The notes: generated from the letters alone by a model not told the origin. A stretch of 64,000 nt of DNA from Alphaproteobacteria bacterium (GCA_965248765.1 CBDFKF010000004.1:1301260-1365259); one strand, 5' to 3'. Positions 11,338-21,374 are shown, counted from the stretch's first letter. Translations and numbers: made by a program.

Positions 11338-13588
11338 CTAGATATCGATGGCCATCTCGGCCGCCCGGCGCAGGTTCCGTTCGTACTGCTCGCGGCCGTG
11401 CAGGTAGGGCGCCGGCCATTCGATGCCCTCATATCTCTGCTGTGCCGCCGCGTGCAGCGTCCAATAAGGATCCGCAAGGTGGGGCCGCGCCAGACAGAAA
11501 AGATCGGCGCGGCCGGCAGCGATAATGCTGTTGACATGGTCGACCTCGAAGATATTGCCGACCGCGAGCGTGGGGATGCCCGCCTCGTTGCGGATTCGGT
11601 CGCTTAGCGGTGTCTGGAACATGCGGCCATAAACGGGCTTGGCCGCAATGCTGGTTTGGCCCGCCGAGACATCGATGATGTCGGCGCCCGCGGCCTTGAA
11701 GGCGCGGGCGATGTCCACGGCCTCAGCGGCGTCGACGCCGCCGGTGACCCAGTCGGTTGCCGAGATGCGAACCGACATCGGCTTCTCGGCTGGCCATGCG
11801 GACCGCATCGCAGCAAACACTTCGAGCGGGTAGCGGAGCCGCTCGGCAAGGTTGCCGCCATAGCGATCACGGCGAAGGTTAGTGAGCGGCGTGATGAAGG
11901 CCGACAGTAGATAGCCGTGCGCGCAGTGCAGCTCGATCATGTCAAAGCCACAGCGCTCGGCCATCTCGGTCGCCGTGACGAAGGCGGCGAGGACAACCTC
12001 CATATCGGCGCGGGTCATCTCCCGCGGCACTCGATGCGCCGGCGACCACTGCACCGCCGAGGGGCCCGTCACCTGCCAGTTGCCGGCTTCGAGCGGCTCG
12101 TCCATCCCCTCCCAGCCGAGCTTGGTCGAGCCTTTGGGGCCTGAGTGCCCGAGCTGAAGGCCGATCTTGGCCGGTGCTTGCTTGTGCACGAAGTCGACGA
12201 TCCGGCGCCATCCGGCGACGTGGGCCTCGTCGTACATGCCGGCACAGCCCGGCGTAATTCGGCCGTCGGCGGTGACGCACGTCATTTCGGTGAAAACCAG
12301 CCCGGCACCGCCCTGGGCGCGGGCACCGAGATGCACGAGGTGGAGATCGCCGGGCACGCCATCGGCTGCGCTGTACATCGCCATGGGCGAGACCACGACA
12401 CGATTGTCGAGCTCCATCGACCGGAGCGAGAAGAGCAGAAACATCGGCGGGACAGGCGATTGGCGAGCGCGGCCTGAGGCCTGCCCGCCGAGCCACGCCT
12501 CGACGCCTTCGAGCCACCCCTGATCGCGTAAGCGCAGGTTCTCGTGGCTCACGCGTTGGCTGCGCGTCAGCAGCGAGTAGGCAAACTGAGTTGGCTCGAA
12601 GGTAGAATAGCGGCCGACGCTCTCGAACCACTCGGTGCTGTTGCGCGCAGCATTTTGTAGCCGCAGCACCTCAACGCCCCGCTCGTCCTCGTAAGCGGCG
12701 AACGCTTCGGCGAGCTGGCCATGGTCGGCGAGCTTGTTGGCAAGCGCAATTGCATCCTCGAGCGCAAGCTTGGTGCCTGATCCGATCGAGAAATGGGCGG
12801 TATGGGCGGCATCGCCGATCAGCACGGTGTTGCCGTGAAACCATCGCTCGTTGCTGATGCGCTGAAAGTTGAGCCATGGATCGGCCAGGTGCGGCGCGTT
12901 GCTCATGAGCTCGTGGCCGCACAGGTGTTCCGCGAACAAGTCTTCGCAGAGCCGGATGCCATCCGCTGCGGCCATGCGGTCCACGCCGAGACCGCGCCAC
13001 ACGACCTCGGGGCATTCGACGATGAAGGTGCTCGTGTCCAGATCGTAGCGATAGGCGTGGGCTTTGATCCAGCCGTATGCGGTCTCTTTGAAGACGAACG
13101 TGAAGGCGTCAAAGACACGGCGGGTCCCCAGCCAAACGAACTTGTTGCCGCGGACGTCGATATCCGGTTTGAAGTGTCGCGCACCGGCTTGGCGAACGCG
13201 GCTGTTCACGCCATCGGCGGCCACTACCAGATCGGCGTCCGCGAATGCCCTGAAGTCCTCGACTTCGTGCTCGAACTCGAGCGAAGCGCCTAATGCCCGT
13301 GCGCGCTCTTGAAGGATGTGGAGAAGGCGCTGGCGGCCGATGCCGGAGAAGCCATGGCCGCCCGAGCTAACGACGGTGTCCTTGAAATGGACGTCGATGA
13401 CATCCCAATGAGCGAAGCTGTCGGCGATCTCTTCCGCCGTGTCGGCGTCGTTCGCGCGCAGATTGTCCATGGTCTGATCCGATAACACGACGCCCCAGCA
13501 CGACAATGTCGTGCTGGGGCGCGCGACGCTTCATCGAGATCGCGAAGTAGAGTCCCGCGGGACCGCCGCCGATGCAGACGATTCGCAT
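11338..13588 (-). pseudogene. 2-aminobenzoyl-CoA monooxygenase/reductase-like flavoprotein (salicylate-hydroxylase-type FAD monooxygenase fused to an Old Yellow Enzyme domain), 5' frameshift
   Basis: The N-terminal FAD-binding segment '[34 protein letters not shown]' (ORF 13367..13735, ATG at 13588) is in a different frame from the rest of the gene (ORF 11338..13506, listed with a TTG start). The C-terminal half is OYE-like ('[25 protein letters not shown]'). Confidence 0.6.
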
Positions 13589-13676
13589 CTGTTGGCTCCG
13601 TACAGGTATTTTATACTTGAAATAAATATCTACAAGGGGCGAGGCTCCGTCACATTTTCTCTGTGGTGTTGGCGTC
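13589..13676 (-). promoter_or_regulatory. AT-rich putative promoter/operator upstream of the ACMR-like operon
   Basis: 'CTACAAGGGGCGAGG...TATTTATTTCAAGTATAAAATACCTGTACGGAGCC' is the only AT-rich patch within 10 kb. It lies between the amidase stop and the ACMR ATG, and a MarR is encoded in the operon. Confidence 0.3.
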
Positions 13677-15071
13677 CTAGAGCGCGGGCCGGCGATCGCG
13701 CCACGGCGTCGCGCGCTCGTAGGCGTGGGCGGCACGCAGTACCGCGGCCTCCTCGAATGGGCGGCCGGCGATCTGCATGCTGAGAGGCAGCCCGTCGTCG
13801 GTGAAGCCGCAGCAGACAGCGATCGCCGGGGTCCCGGTCACGTTGAACGGTGTGCTCAACAAGGCCCTGGAGAAAATAGCGTATCCCTTCACCTCTTCGA
13901 GTAAGGGAGCGCCGCCGTAGGTCGCCGCGGTCAACAGGAGATCGAAGCGCTCGTGGGCCCGCAACACCTCGGCGACCAGCTCGCGACGGAAGCGGGTCGC
14001 CTCGAGGTAGTCGGCGGCGTCGATGATGCCGCCGGGAATCAGCTTCTCGCGCATGATCTGGCCGTACTCGCCCGGCCGCTCTTCGAGCCAGGTGCGGTGC
14101 GCGGCGAACCCCTCGGCGAGGAGAATGACCATGCAACACGCTTGATAATCATGCAGGCTGGATAGACCGACGTCATCGACCCGCGCGCCCAGCTCCTGAA
14201 ACTTGACGATCGCGGCGTCCATGGCATCGATCGTTGCGTCGCTGGCCCGCTCGTCCTCCTCATAGAAGTGACGGACCACGCCAATGTGCACGCCGGACAA
14301 ATCCTCGGTCAGGGCGGCGCCGTAGTCGGGTACGGACTGCGTGGCTGCCGTCGGATCACGGGGATCATCGCCCGCAATCACCTGTAGCATCAGCGCATTG
14401 TCCTCGGCGGTCCAGGTCAACGGCCCGGCAGTATCAAGCGAATAGGCCAACGCGAAAACGCCGGCACGGCTGACCCGTCCGTAGGTCGGTTTCAGGCCGG
14501 CGAGCCCGCACATGGCTGCAGGCACCCTGATCGAGCCGCCAGTGTCGCTGCCGAGGGCGCCCATGCACAGCCCGGCCGCGACCGCAGCCCCGGCGCCGGT
14601 GCTCGAGCCGCCGGTGAAGCGCGTCGTATCCCACGGGTTGCGTGCAGGCGGAAACGGCAGGTCGTACGACGGACCGCCGAAGGCGAACTCGTGCATCGCC
14701 AGCTTGCCAAGCAGGACTGCGCCGGCTTCCGCCAATTTGCGTGCCGATGTCGCGTCCTCGGTCGGCACGTGATCCAGCAGGATCCTGGAGTGCCCGGTGG
14801 TCGGAATGCCTTTCGTCTCGTAGAGGTCCTTGAGCGCGATCGGGATGCCATGCAGGGGTCCACGGTAGTTGCCGGCGGCTATTTCCTGTTCGGCCCGCCC
14901 CGCGTCCTCCAACGCCCGATCGGCAGTGACCCGGGCGTAACTGTTGAGCTTGTGGTCGACGGCGTCGATGCGGGCAAGGAAGGTCTTCGTCAGCTCCACT
15001 GGCGAAAGCTCTCCGGCAGCGATGCGGCGTGCAGCGGCGGCGATCGTGAGGTGGTGCAGCTCGGACGTCAT
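13677..15071 (-). CDS. amidase signature (AS) family amidase
   Basis: The 464-aa protein has the '[14 protein letters not shown]' region and the '[13 protein letters not shown]' Ser-cisSer-Lys motif region. Confidence 0.85.
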   Translation of the reverse strand: MTSELHHLTIAAAARRIAAGELSPVELTKTFLARIDAVDHKLNSYARVTADRALEDAGRAEQEIAAGNYRGPLHGIPIALKDLYETKGIPTTGHSRILLDHVPTEDATSARKLAEAGAVLLGKLAMHEFAFGGPSYDLPFPPARNPWDTTRFTGGSSTGAGAAVAAGLCMGALGSDTGGSIRVPAAMCGLAGLKPTYGRVSRAGVFALAYSLDTAGPLTWTAEDNALMLQVIAGDDPRDPTAATQSVPDYGAALTEDLSGVHIGVVRHFYEEDERASDATIDAMDAAIVKFQELGARVDDVGLSSLHDYQACCMVILLAEGFAAHRTWLEERPGEYGQIMREKLIPGGIIDAADYLEATRFRRELVAEVLRAHERFDLLLTAATYGGAPLLEEVKGYAIFSRALLSTPFNVTGTPAIAVCCGFTDDGLPLSMQIAGRPFEEAAVLRAAHAYERATPWRDRRPAL

Positions 15072-15268
15072 CGCCCCGGCTTCTCTTCAAGGGTGAACAC
15101 GTGCGCCGGCTCATCCTCCAATGGTCGCGGGCGGCGCACTCTCATCACGTACTCCTCGACGTAGCCGAGGACTTCACCCAAGGTCTCCTTCGCCGCGCCC
15201 TCGGTTTCGAGGCCCACGGCCCGCGCGAGTTCCGTCAGTCGCTCGAGCTTTGCCTGCGAGCTCGCCAT
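15068..15268 (-). CDS. GatC-like small subunit (AtzG-type amidase partner)
   Basis: The 66-aa protein has 'LERLTELARAVGLE...LGEVLGYVEE', the GatC pattern. Its stop overlaps the amidase start as ATGA. Confidence 0.6.
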   Translation of the reverse strand: MASSQAKLERLTELARAVGLETEGAAKETLGEVLGYVEEYVMRVRRPRPLEDEPAHVFTLEEKPGR

Positions 15269-15341
15269 CGATGTTCCCTTCTGGTTGAAACAGCAGCCAT
15301 TTGCCGGCGGGCCAGCGCCGTGGGACGACCTTGAGCCCGAC

Positions 15342-16739
15342 CTAGATCGACAGTTTGTTGTGGGCGTCGAGAGCCGCTACCTTGTAGCACTCGGCGAGCG
15401 TCGGATAGTTAAAGACGGCTTCGAGCAGGTAGTCGAGCCCCCCGCCCAATGCAATCACCGTTTGACCGATATGTATGAGCTCGGTCGCGCCGGTGCCGAC
15501 TGCATGCACGGCGAGCAACCGCCTGTCCTCGCGATGCACCAGCATCTTCAGGAAACCGCTGTCGTCTCCGAGGATCTGACCGCGCGCAATCTCTCGGTAC
15601 CGGGCAACACCAGTCTCATAGGGGACTTTTTCCTGAGTCAACGTCTCCTCAGTAGGGCCCACCATCGAGACCTCTGGGACGGCATAGACACCGATCGGAA
15701 AATGCTCGGCCATGTGATTGGCCTCCACGCCGAATGCGTGACAAGCGGCGAGCCGTCCCTGTTCCGAAGACGTGGCGGCCAGGCTTGGGTAGCCGACGAC
15801 ATCACCGCCGGCGAAGATGTGCGGCACCTCTGTGCGAAACGCTGCATCAACCTCCATTCGGCCGCGTTGATCGGCGCTCAAACCAGCCGCCGCGAGGTTC
15901 AGGTCATCGGTCGCGCCGACCCGCCCAATGGCGAACAGCGCCATCTCCGCGACGATTCGTTTTCCGGATTCAAGATGAACCAGGGCGCGGCGGGGGCCTT
16001 CCTTTGTCACTTCGATCCGCGCGACACGTTCGCCCAGTCGAAACGTCACATTGTTGCCGCGCATCTGATGAACAAGCTCGTCGACGATCTCGGTATCGAG
16101 GAATTCGAGTGGGCGATCCCTACCGTCCACCGTCGTGACATCGACGCCGAGCGCGCCGAAGATGGACGCATACTCGATGCCGATGATGCCGCAGCCGATC
16201 ACCGCCAGCGTGCGCGGCAGCTCGCGCATGTGTGGAATCTCGTCGCTGGTGACGACACTTACCCCGTCGATCGGGACATCATCCGGCCGTGCTGCGCTGG
16301 CGCCGACACCGACAAAGATATTCGCACCCGTAATCTCGACGTGACCGTCCACGCGGACGGCGTGGGGTCCGACAAACGAGGCGGTACCGTTGTAGATCGA
16401 GATGCGGTTGCGCTCTAGCTGGTCCTGGATGACTGCCCCTTCACGCTGCGCGATCTCCGCGACCCGATCGAAGAGCTGCTCGGCCGTCGGCCGATTCGCC
16501 TTGCGCATGGATCGACCGGCAGTGAACGGGTTGGCCCCGGCCGTCACGTTCATCACGGCCTCGCGGAACGTCTTGCTCGGCACCGTGCCCGTGTGGATAC
16601 ACACCCCGCCGAGCGTGTCTTTCTCTACGACGGCAACGCGACGGCCAAACTTGGCCGCCTGGACCGCCGCGCGCTGACTGGCGGGCCCGCTACCGATGCA
16701 AATCAGATCGTAGGTGTAGCTCTCAGCCACGACGTTCAA
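15342..16739 (-). CDS. sthA: soluble pyridine nucleotide transhydrogenase (class I pyridine nucleotide-disulfide oxidoreductase)
   Basis: 'YDLICIGSGPASQRAAVQAAKFGRRVAVVEKD..LGGVCIHTGTVPSK', 'GDVVGYPSLAATSSEQGR' and C-terminal 'FNYPTLAECYKVAAL' closely follow SthA/UdhA, recalled from memory. Confidence 0.7.
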   Translation of the reverse strand: MNVVAESYTYDLICIGSGPASQRAAVQAAKFGRRVAVVEKDTLGGVCIHTGTVPSKTFREAVMNVTAGANPFTAGRSMRKANRPTAEQLFDRVAEIAQREGAVIQDQLERNRISIYNGTASFVGPHAVRVDGHVEITGANIFVGVGASAARPDDVPIDGVSVVTSDEIPHMRELPRTLAVIGCGIIGIEYASIFGALGVDVTTVDGRDRPLEFLDTEIVDELVHQMRGNNVTFRLGERVARIEVTKEGPRRALVHLESGKRIVAEMALFAIGRVGATDDLNLAAAGLSADQRGRMEVDAAFRTEVPHIFAGGDVVGYPSLAATSSEQGRLAACHAFGVEANHMAEHFPIGVYAVPEVSMVGPTEETLTQEKVPYETGVARYREIARGQILGDDSGFLKMLVHREDRRLLAVHAVGTGATELIHIGQTVIALGGGLDYLLEAVFNYPTLAECYKVAALDAHNKLSI

Positions 16740-16789
16740 GGGTGCTCAGATCAACGTTGGGCCTTGGCGTCGGCCCCGCGAGACACCAG

Positions 16790-17077
16790 CTAACTCGCTG
16801 CCTCGTTGAAATACGTCCGGGCCACGGCATCTGCGTGGCTCAACATCTCGTCGAGGCCACCCTGTGCCTCCAGCTCGGCGAGAAATTTTTTGTGGGCGTC
16901 GACGGATGACCATTTCTCCAGAAGAATGACTTCATCGGGTTTCGTCGTATTCACATAAACATCCATGCCGGCGAAGCCATCGACATCGTTGTCAGGCGGC
17001 ACCGGCTGTATCAGCTCGCTAAGCGCCTTCCCGTGTCCGGGCTTGCCTGAGATGCGCACTATTAGCATGACGCTCAT
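16790..17077 (-). CDS. ABM-domain (antibiotic biosynthesis monooxygenase-like) small protein
   Basis: It is ~95 aa and 'MSVMLIVRISGKPGHG...ILLEKWSSVDAHKKF' fits the ferredoxin-like ABM fold pattern. Confidence 0.5.
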   Translation of the reverse strand: MSVMLIVRISGKPGHGKALSELIQPVPPDNDVDGFAGMDVYVNTTKPDEVILLEKWSSVDAHKKFLAELEAQGGLDEMLSHADAVARTYFNEAAS

Positions 17078-17238
17078 CTGCATCGTCCTCTGATTTGCGG
17101 TGCTCAACACCTCGGGGACATCGTGGACGGCGCCGGGATGCTGACATACCTTAGCCGCTTCGACAATCGGACACAGGCACTGGGCAGCCGCGTCTCATCG
17201 GCACATCGATGCAAGCCGGCTGAGCCAAAGGGCCGGAA

Positions 17239-17958
17239 ATGAGCGACATCCCCCAACCAGAGCAAAAGATCGTCAGAAAAGGCGATGTAACCGCCCAGTC
17301 TGGCGAACTTCTCGACGTCATCAGTGACGGCGGGATCGCGATCGTCGGCCTGGATGTCACCTACGCCATCGTCGGCCATACCGAGGCCGCGATCCGGCGC
17401 ATGTTCGCGGCCAAGGAACGCAGCTTCGAGAAGCCTTGCGGCATGTTCAGCAACTGGGATCTGTTCAACGAGGTGCAGATCGTGGGACAGCGCGAACGCG
17501 ATGTCCTGCGCAGCGTCATCTTCGATCACGATCTGCCGATGTCGACGGTGGCACCGTTCCGGGCCGATCATCCGATCTTCCGCGACGTGGCACCGTTCGT
17601 CCTCGCGAACTCGACCAAGGCAGGCACCATTGACATGCTGTTCAACGCTGGCGACTTCCACAACGAGATGACCCGGCAGTCGCTCGAGCGGATGACGCCG
17701 ATCTTCGGCTCCTCGGCCAATGCCTCGCTCAAGGGAAGCAAATACCGCCTCGAGGACATCGAGGCGCCTGTGCGCGCCGCCGCCGACATGCTCATCGACG
17801 GCGGATTGTCGAAGTACCACAACACGGATGGCCGGGCGAGCAGCATCATCGACATGCGCACCTTCAAGACCGTGCGTATTGGCGTCTGCTATGAGCGACT
17901 CTGCGAGATATTCAAGAAGGAATTCGCGATCGATCTCCTCGAACTGGGCATGGCCTAG
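17239..17958 (+). CDS. Sua5/YciO/YrdC/YwlC-family (threonylcarbamoyl-adenylate synthase-like) protein
   Basis: 'GGIAIVGLDVTYAIVG...AAKERSFEKP' resembles the YrdC 'GGxxxxPTDTxYG...AKxRxxxKP' motif. The antisense ORF has junk composition. Confidence 0.5.
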   Translation: MSDIPQPEQKIVRKGDVTAQSGELLDVISDGGIAIVGLDVTYAIVGHTEAAIRRMFAAKERSFEKPCGMFSNWDLFNEVQIVGQRERDVLRSVIFDHDLPMSTVAPFRADHPIFRDVAPFVLANSTKAGTIDMLFNAGDFHNEMTRQSLERMTPIFGSSANASLKGSKYRLEDIEAPVRAAADMLIDGGLSKYHNTDGRASSIIDMRTFKTVRIGVCYERLCEIFKKEFAIDLLELGMA

Positions 17959-17963
17959 CCGCG

Positions 17964-19151
17964 ATGAGCCTCCCTCTTGCCGGCCTCAGACTCTTGGCGC
18001 TCGAGCGTTTCGGCGCCGGCCCTTACGGCTCGGGCCACGTCGCCGACATGGGCGCCGATGTTATCCGAATCGAGCATGCCACGGCCGGGCACGATGCCTC
18101 GCGCATCATCGGCCCCTACTTCCTCGGCGAGAACGACTCGCAGTTCTTCCAGGCGTTCAACCGCAACAAACGCTCGCTCTCGCTCGACCTCAAGAAAACG
18201 CGCGGGCGCGAAGTGCTTGAGCGTCTTGTCACCACCGCCGATGGCCTCATCAACAATCTGCGCGGCGATCAGCCGGAGAAGCTCGGCCTGACCTACGATC
18301 ATCTCAAGGGGCTGAACCGCCGCATCGTCTGCTGCCACATATCTGGCTATGGCCGTGACGGCGCACGCCAGAGCTGGCCCGGTTACGACTATCTCATGCA
18401 GGCGGAGGCCGGATTTCTCTCGTTGACGGGCGAGCCGGACGGCCCGCCCGCTCGCTTCGGTCTTTCCATGATCGACTTCATGACCGGTATGACGGCGGCC
18501 TTCGTCCTGGTCTCGGCCATCATGGCGGCGCGCGAAAATGGCGAGGGCCGTGACGTCGATGTCTCGCTCTACGACGTGGCGATGCACCAGCTGTCCTACC
18601 CGGCAGTGTGGTATCTCAACGAGGGGTTGGTGACCTCGCGCGTTCCCCGCTCAGGCCATCCCTATGTCGCGCCATCGCAGCTATGCCGGACGGCGGATGG
18701 TTGGATCTTCATTATGGCCCAGACCCAGAAGTTCTGGGAGCTCCTGTGCGAGCGGCTGGGACGGCCCGAGCTTGCAGACGATCCCCGCTTCAGGAGCTAT
18801 GAGAAGCGGCACGCAAACCGAGATTCTCTGACCGAGGTCCTCGACGAGGTCCTGACGCGCCGCACCACTGCCGATTGGCTCGAGACGTTCGCCGGCGCCT
18901 TGCCGTGCGCGCCGGTCAACGACATCGCCCAGGCGCTCGACAATCCGTACTTTCGCGAACGCGATGGCGTGCAGACGGTCGATCACCCCGACCGGCCCGA
19001 TCTCAAGTTGCTGGCGAGCCCCATCCGGCTGGATGACGCTGTGCCAAATCGCCCCGGGCCCAAGCTCGGCGCCGATACAGACGCGATCCTGGCCGAGCTC
19101 GGCTATGATGACGACGCGATCGCGGCGCTCAAGAAAGAAGGCGCGGTCTAA
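17964..19151 (+). CDS. family III CoA-transferase (CaiB/BaiF)
   Basis: The 395-aa protein follows the typical CaiB N-terminus 'GLRLLALERFGAGPYGSGHVADMGADVIRIE'. Confidence 0.85.
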   Translation: MSLPLAGLRLLALERFGAGPYGSGHVADMGADVIRIEHATAGHDASRIIGPYFLGENDSQFFQAFNRNKRSLSLDLKKTRGREVLERLVTTADGLINNLRGDQPEKLGLTYDHLKGLNRRIVCCHISGYGRDGARQSWPGYDYLMQAEAGFLSLTGEPDGPPARFGLSMIDFMTGMTAAFVLVSAIMAARENGEGRDVDVSLYDVAMHQLSYPAVWYLNEGLVTSRVPRSGHPYVAPSQLCRTADGWIFIMAQTQKFWELLCERLGRPELADDPRFRSYEKRHANRDSLTEVLDEVLTRRTTADWLETFAGALPCAPVNDIAQALDNPYFRERDGVQTVDHPDRPDLKLLASPIRLDDAVPNRPGPKLGADTDAILAELGYDDDAIAALKKEGAV

Positions 19152-19177
19152 GGCACACCCCGTTTTAGGAGAACGCC

Positions 19178-20338
19178 ATGAAGCTCGAGGGAGTTCGAGT
19201 CCTCGACCTCTCGCTCTTCCTGCCCGGCCCATTGCTCACCCAGATGATGGCTGACCACGGGGCCGAGGTCATCAAGCTCGAACCGGCCGGCGCCGGCGAG
19301 CCGACCCGCGAGATCGACCGCAAGCGCGACGGCGTCTCGGCGTTTTTCTCGAACGTCAACCGCGGCAAGAAATCGATACAGCTCAACCTGAAAACGGACG
19401 CGGGGCGCGAGGTCGCCCTCCGGCTCGCCGAGCGTTGCGATGTGATGATCGAAGGCTTCCGGCCCGGTGTCGTCGATCGCCTCGGTATCGGCTATGAACA
19501 GGTGCGGGCGCGGGCACCGCAGATCGTCTATTGCTCGATCTCTGCCTTTGGCCAGACCGGCCCCTATGTGCGCCGGCCGGCCCACGACCTCGCCACCGAG
19601 GCGCTCGCCGGGATATTGAGCATCACCCTAGGCCCCGATGACCAACCGGCCATCCCCGGGATCGCGGCCGCCGACATCTTGGCTTCGACCATGGCGCTGT
19701 CGGCCGTGCTGATGGCCCTCCTGCGGCGCGAGAAGAGCGGCCGCGGGGACTACATCGACATGGCGATGATGGATGCTCTGATAGCTGCGGTACCCAATAA
19801 CATGGGCCCGGTATTGGTGGAGAAACGCGCACCGGTCATCAAACACGAGCGGCCGTGGGGCGGCAACGCCATGTACCGGATTTATGCAACAAAGGACGGC
19901 CGTCACATCGTTCTCGGTGGTGCCGAAATGCACTTCGCGAAGAACGTGCTGGACGCGCTCGGCCGGCCTGACCTTGTCGAGCTGTGCAAGCCGCCCCCCG
20001 GGCCTACTCAGGCCCCGGTCAAGGAATTCCTCACCGAGGCATTCCTGACCCGATCCCAGGCCGAGTGGGTGACATTCTTTGCCGATATCGACTGTCCGTT
20101 TGCGCCGGTCCAGGACATGCGCGAGGCGGTCGATGATCCCCAAGTCCGCGCCAGAGAGATGATCGTCGAGGACGAGCGCGGGTGGGAGCATATTGGGACC
20201 CCGCTGAAGTTCCGCGATGAGCCGGGGCGGCCCAACTTCACATTCCCGAGGCTCGGCCAGCATGGAGAAGAACTCATCCGCGACCTCGGCTTCGACGATG
20301 CCGAGATCACAGCGATGCGCGAGAACGGCGTGTTGTAA
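19178..20338 (+). CDS. family III CoA-transferase (CaiB/BaiF), second tandem copy
   Basis: The 386-aa protein starts 'GVRVLDLSLFLPGPLLTQMMADHGAEVIKLE'. Confidence 0.85.
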   Translation: MKLEGVRVLDLSLFLPGPLLTQMMADHGAEVIKLEPAGAGEPTREIDRKRDGVSAFFSNVNRGKKSIQLNLKTDAGREVALRLAERCDVMIEGFRPGVVDRLGIGYEQVRARAPQIVYCSISAFGQTGPYVRRPAHDLATEALAGILSITLGPDDQPAIPGIAAADILASTMALSAVLMALLRREKSGRGDYIDMAMMDALIAAVPNNMGPVLVEKRAPVIKHERPWGGNAMYRIYATKDGRHIVLGGAEMHFAKNVLDALGRPDLVELCKPPPGPTQAPVKEFLTEAFLTRSQAEWVTFFADIDCPFAPVQDMREAVDDPQVRAREMIVEDERGWEHIGTPLKFRDEPGRPNFTFPRLGQHGEELIRDLGFDDAEITAMRENGVL

Positions 20339-20361
20339 CTCGGCCTGCGGTGCGCTCGCCG

Positions 20362-21249
20362 CTAGGCCTTGCTGACGCCAAGGATGCTGGACGCGACGGT
20401 CTGCGGATCGCGCAGGCTCCAGCGGTCGGCTTCGACCGCCGAAATGAAATCCGCCGCGGCCGCGTTGAATGCATCGGGCTCTTCCAGATTGATGGTGTGG
20501 CCCGACCGCGGCAGGACGACAAGCCCGGCCGCGCGGATGATCCGTTTCAGGAAGATCGCCGGTAGCAAACAGGGCTCGTCCTCGTCTCCCGTCACGATCA
20601 GGATCGGCACGTTTAGGGCACGCAGCTCCTCCTCGAGGTCCCACAAGGAGGGCCGCTCCTTCTGCACCCCGCGCATGGTATTGGCTGACCCGCGCGCCGA
20701 GTGCTCGCCCAGGGATTCGGCAAACTGCTGCCAGCCGCGCCGGTCTTTATTGCGGAACTGTAACCTCGTTGGACCCACCGCGTATGTCTCGGCGAAGGCC
20801 TTGGTGCCCCGCGTCTCTAACAGGACCGCCGTCGCCTCGGCTTCCTCGCGAAAACGCGCGCGCTGATCCGGCTCGGCACCGTAGCCACAGCCAGCGACGA
20901 CTGCCGAGTGGGTGAGTTCGGGAAAGCCCAGCGCGAAGTGCAGAGTGGCGAACCCGCCCATTGACAGGCCGACGATGTGCGCCCGGTCGATGTCCAAGTG
21001 ATCGAGCACGGCCTTGATGTCGTCGCGCGCGTGGGCCTGGGAATACTGCGACAGATCGTCTGGAACGTCGGACGGGGGATACCCGCGCGCGTTGAACGTG
21101 ATGCAGCGATAGTGGGACGCGAAGTGCGCGATCTGCGGCCTCCAGCTGCGCCCGTCGCCGGCAAACTCGTGCACGAAGACGATGGGCTCGCCCGATCCCG
21201 CCTCCTCGTAGTGGAGACGCACTGAGTCCGGGGTTTCGAGGAGCGGCAT
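20362..21249 (-). CDS. alpha/beta hydrolase
   Basis: It has the nucleophile elbow 'GLSMGG' and a C-terminal 'SGHTINLEEP'. The start is taken at internal 'MPLLETPDSVRLHYEEAG'. Confidence 0.7.
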   Translation of the reverse strand: MPLLETPDSVRLHYEEAGSGEPIVFVHEFAGDGRSWRPQIAHFASHYRCITFNARGYPPSDVPDDLSQYSQAHARDDIKAVLDHLDIDRAHIVGLSMGGFATLHFALGFPELTHSAVVAGCGYGAEPDQRARFREEAEATAVLLETRGTKAFAETYAVGPTRLQFRNKDRRGWQQFAESLGEHSARGSANTMRGVQKERPSLWDLEEELRALNVPILIVTGDEDEPCLLPAIFLKRIIRAAGLVVLPRSGHTINLEEPDAFNAAAADFISAVEADRWSLRDPQTVASSILGVSKA

Positions 21250-21374
21250 GAAGGCAACGGTACCGGATGAGGGCGCGCACGCAAAGGTGGCTCCTCCACT
21301 CCGCTTGTCCCGGCCCTGCAGCGGTCCTAGCATCGGCGGAACTTCAGAGACTTCGAGCTACGGGGCGAAATGCC

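Noticed and set aside
13504-13506. Accepting the TTG start given for ORF 11338..13506 as the real start of the flavoprotein
   Set aside because: It would remove the GxGxxG FAD-binding beta-alpha-beta unit, which is encoded intact just upstream in another frame. A TGA in the main frame lies only 9 codons upstream, so no in-frame extension is possible.
14434-15114. 226-aa and other nested minus-strand ORFs inside the amidase gene (14039..14284, 14492..14863)
   Set aside because: They are alternative frames of a gene with unambiguous amidase-signature motifs.
17104-18587. Minus-strand ORFs 17104..17820 (238 aa) and 17955..18587 (210 aa)
   Set aside because: They are antisense to the YrdC-like and CoA-transferase genes, with R/H/D-rich composition and no motifs. 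The plus-strand proteins carry family signatures.
19628-20644. 338-aa minus-strand ORF
   Set aside because: It is antisense to the second CoA-transferase and has Arg/Pro/Gly-rich junk composition.
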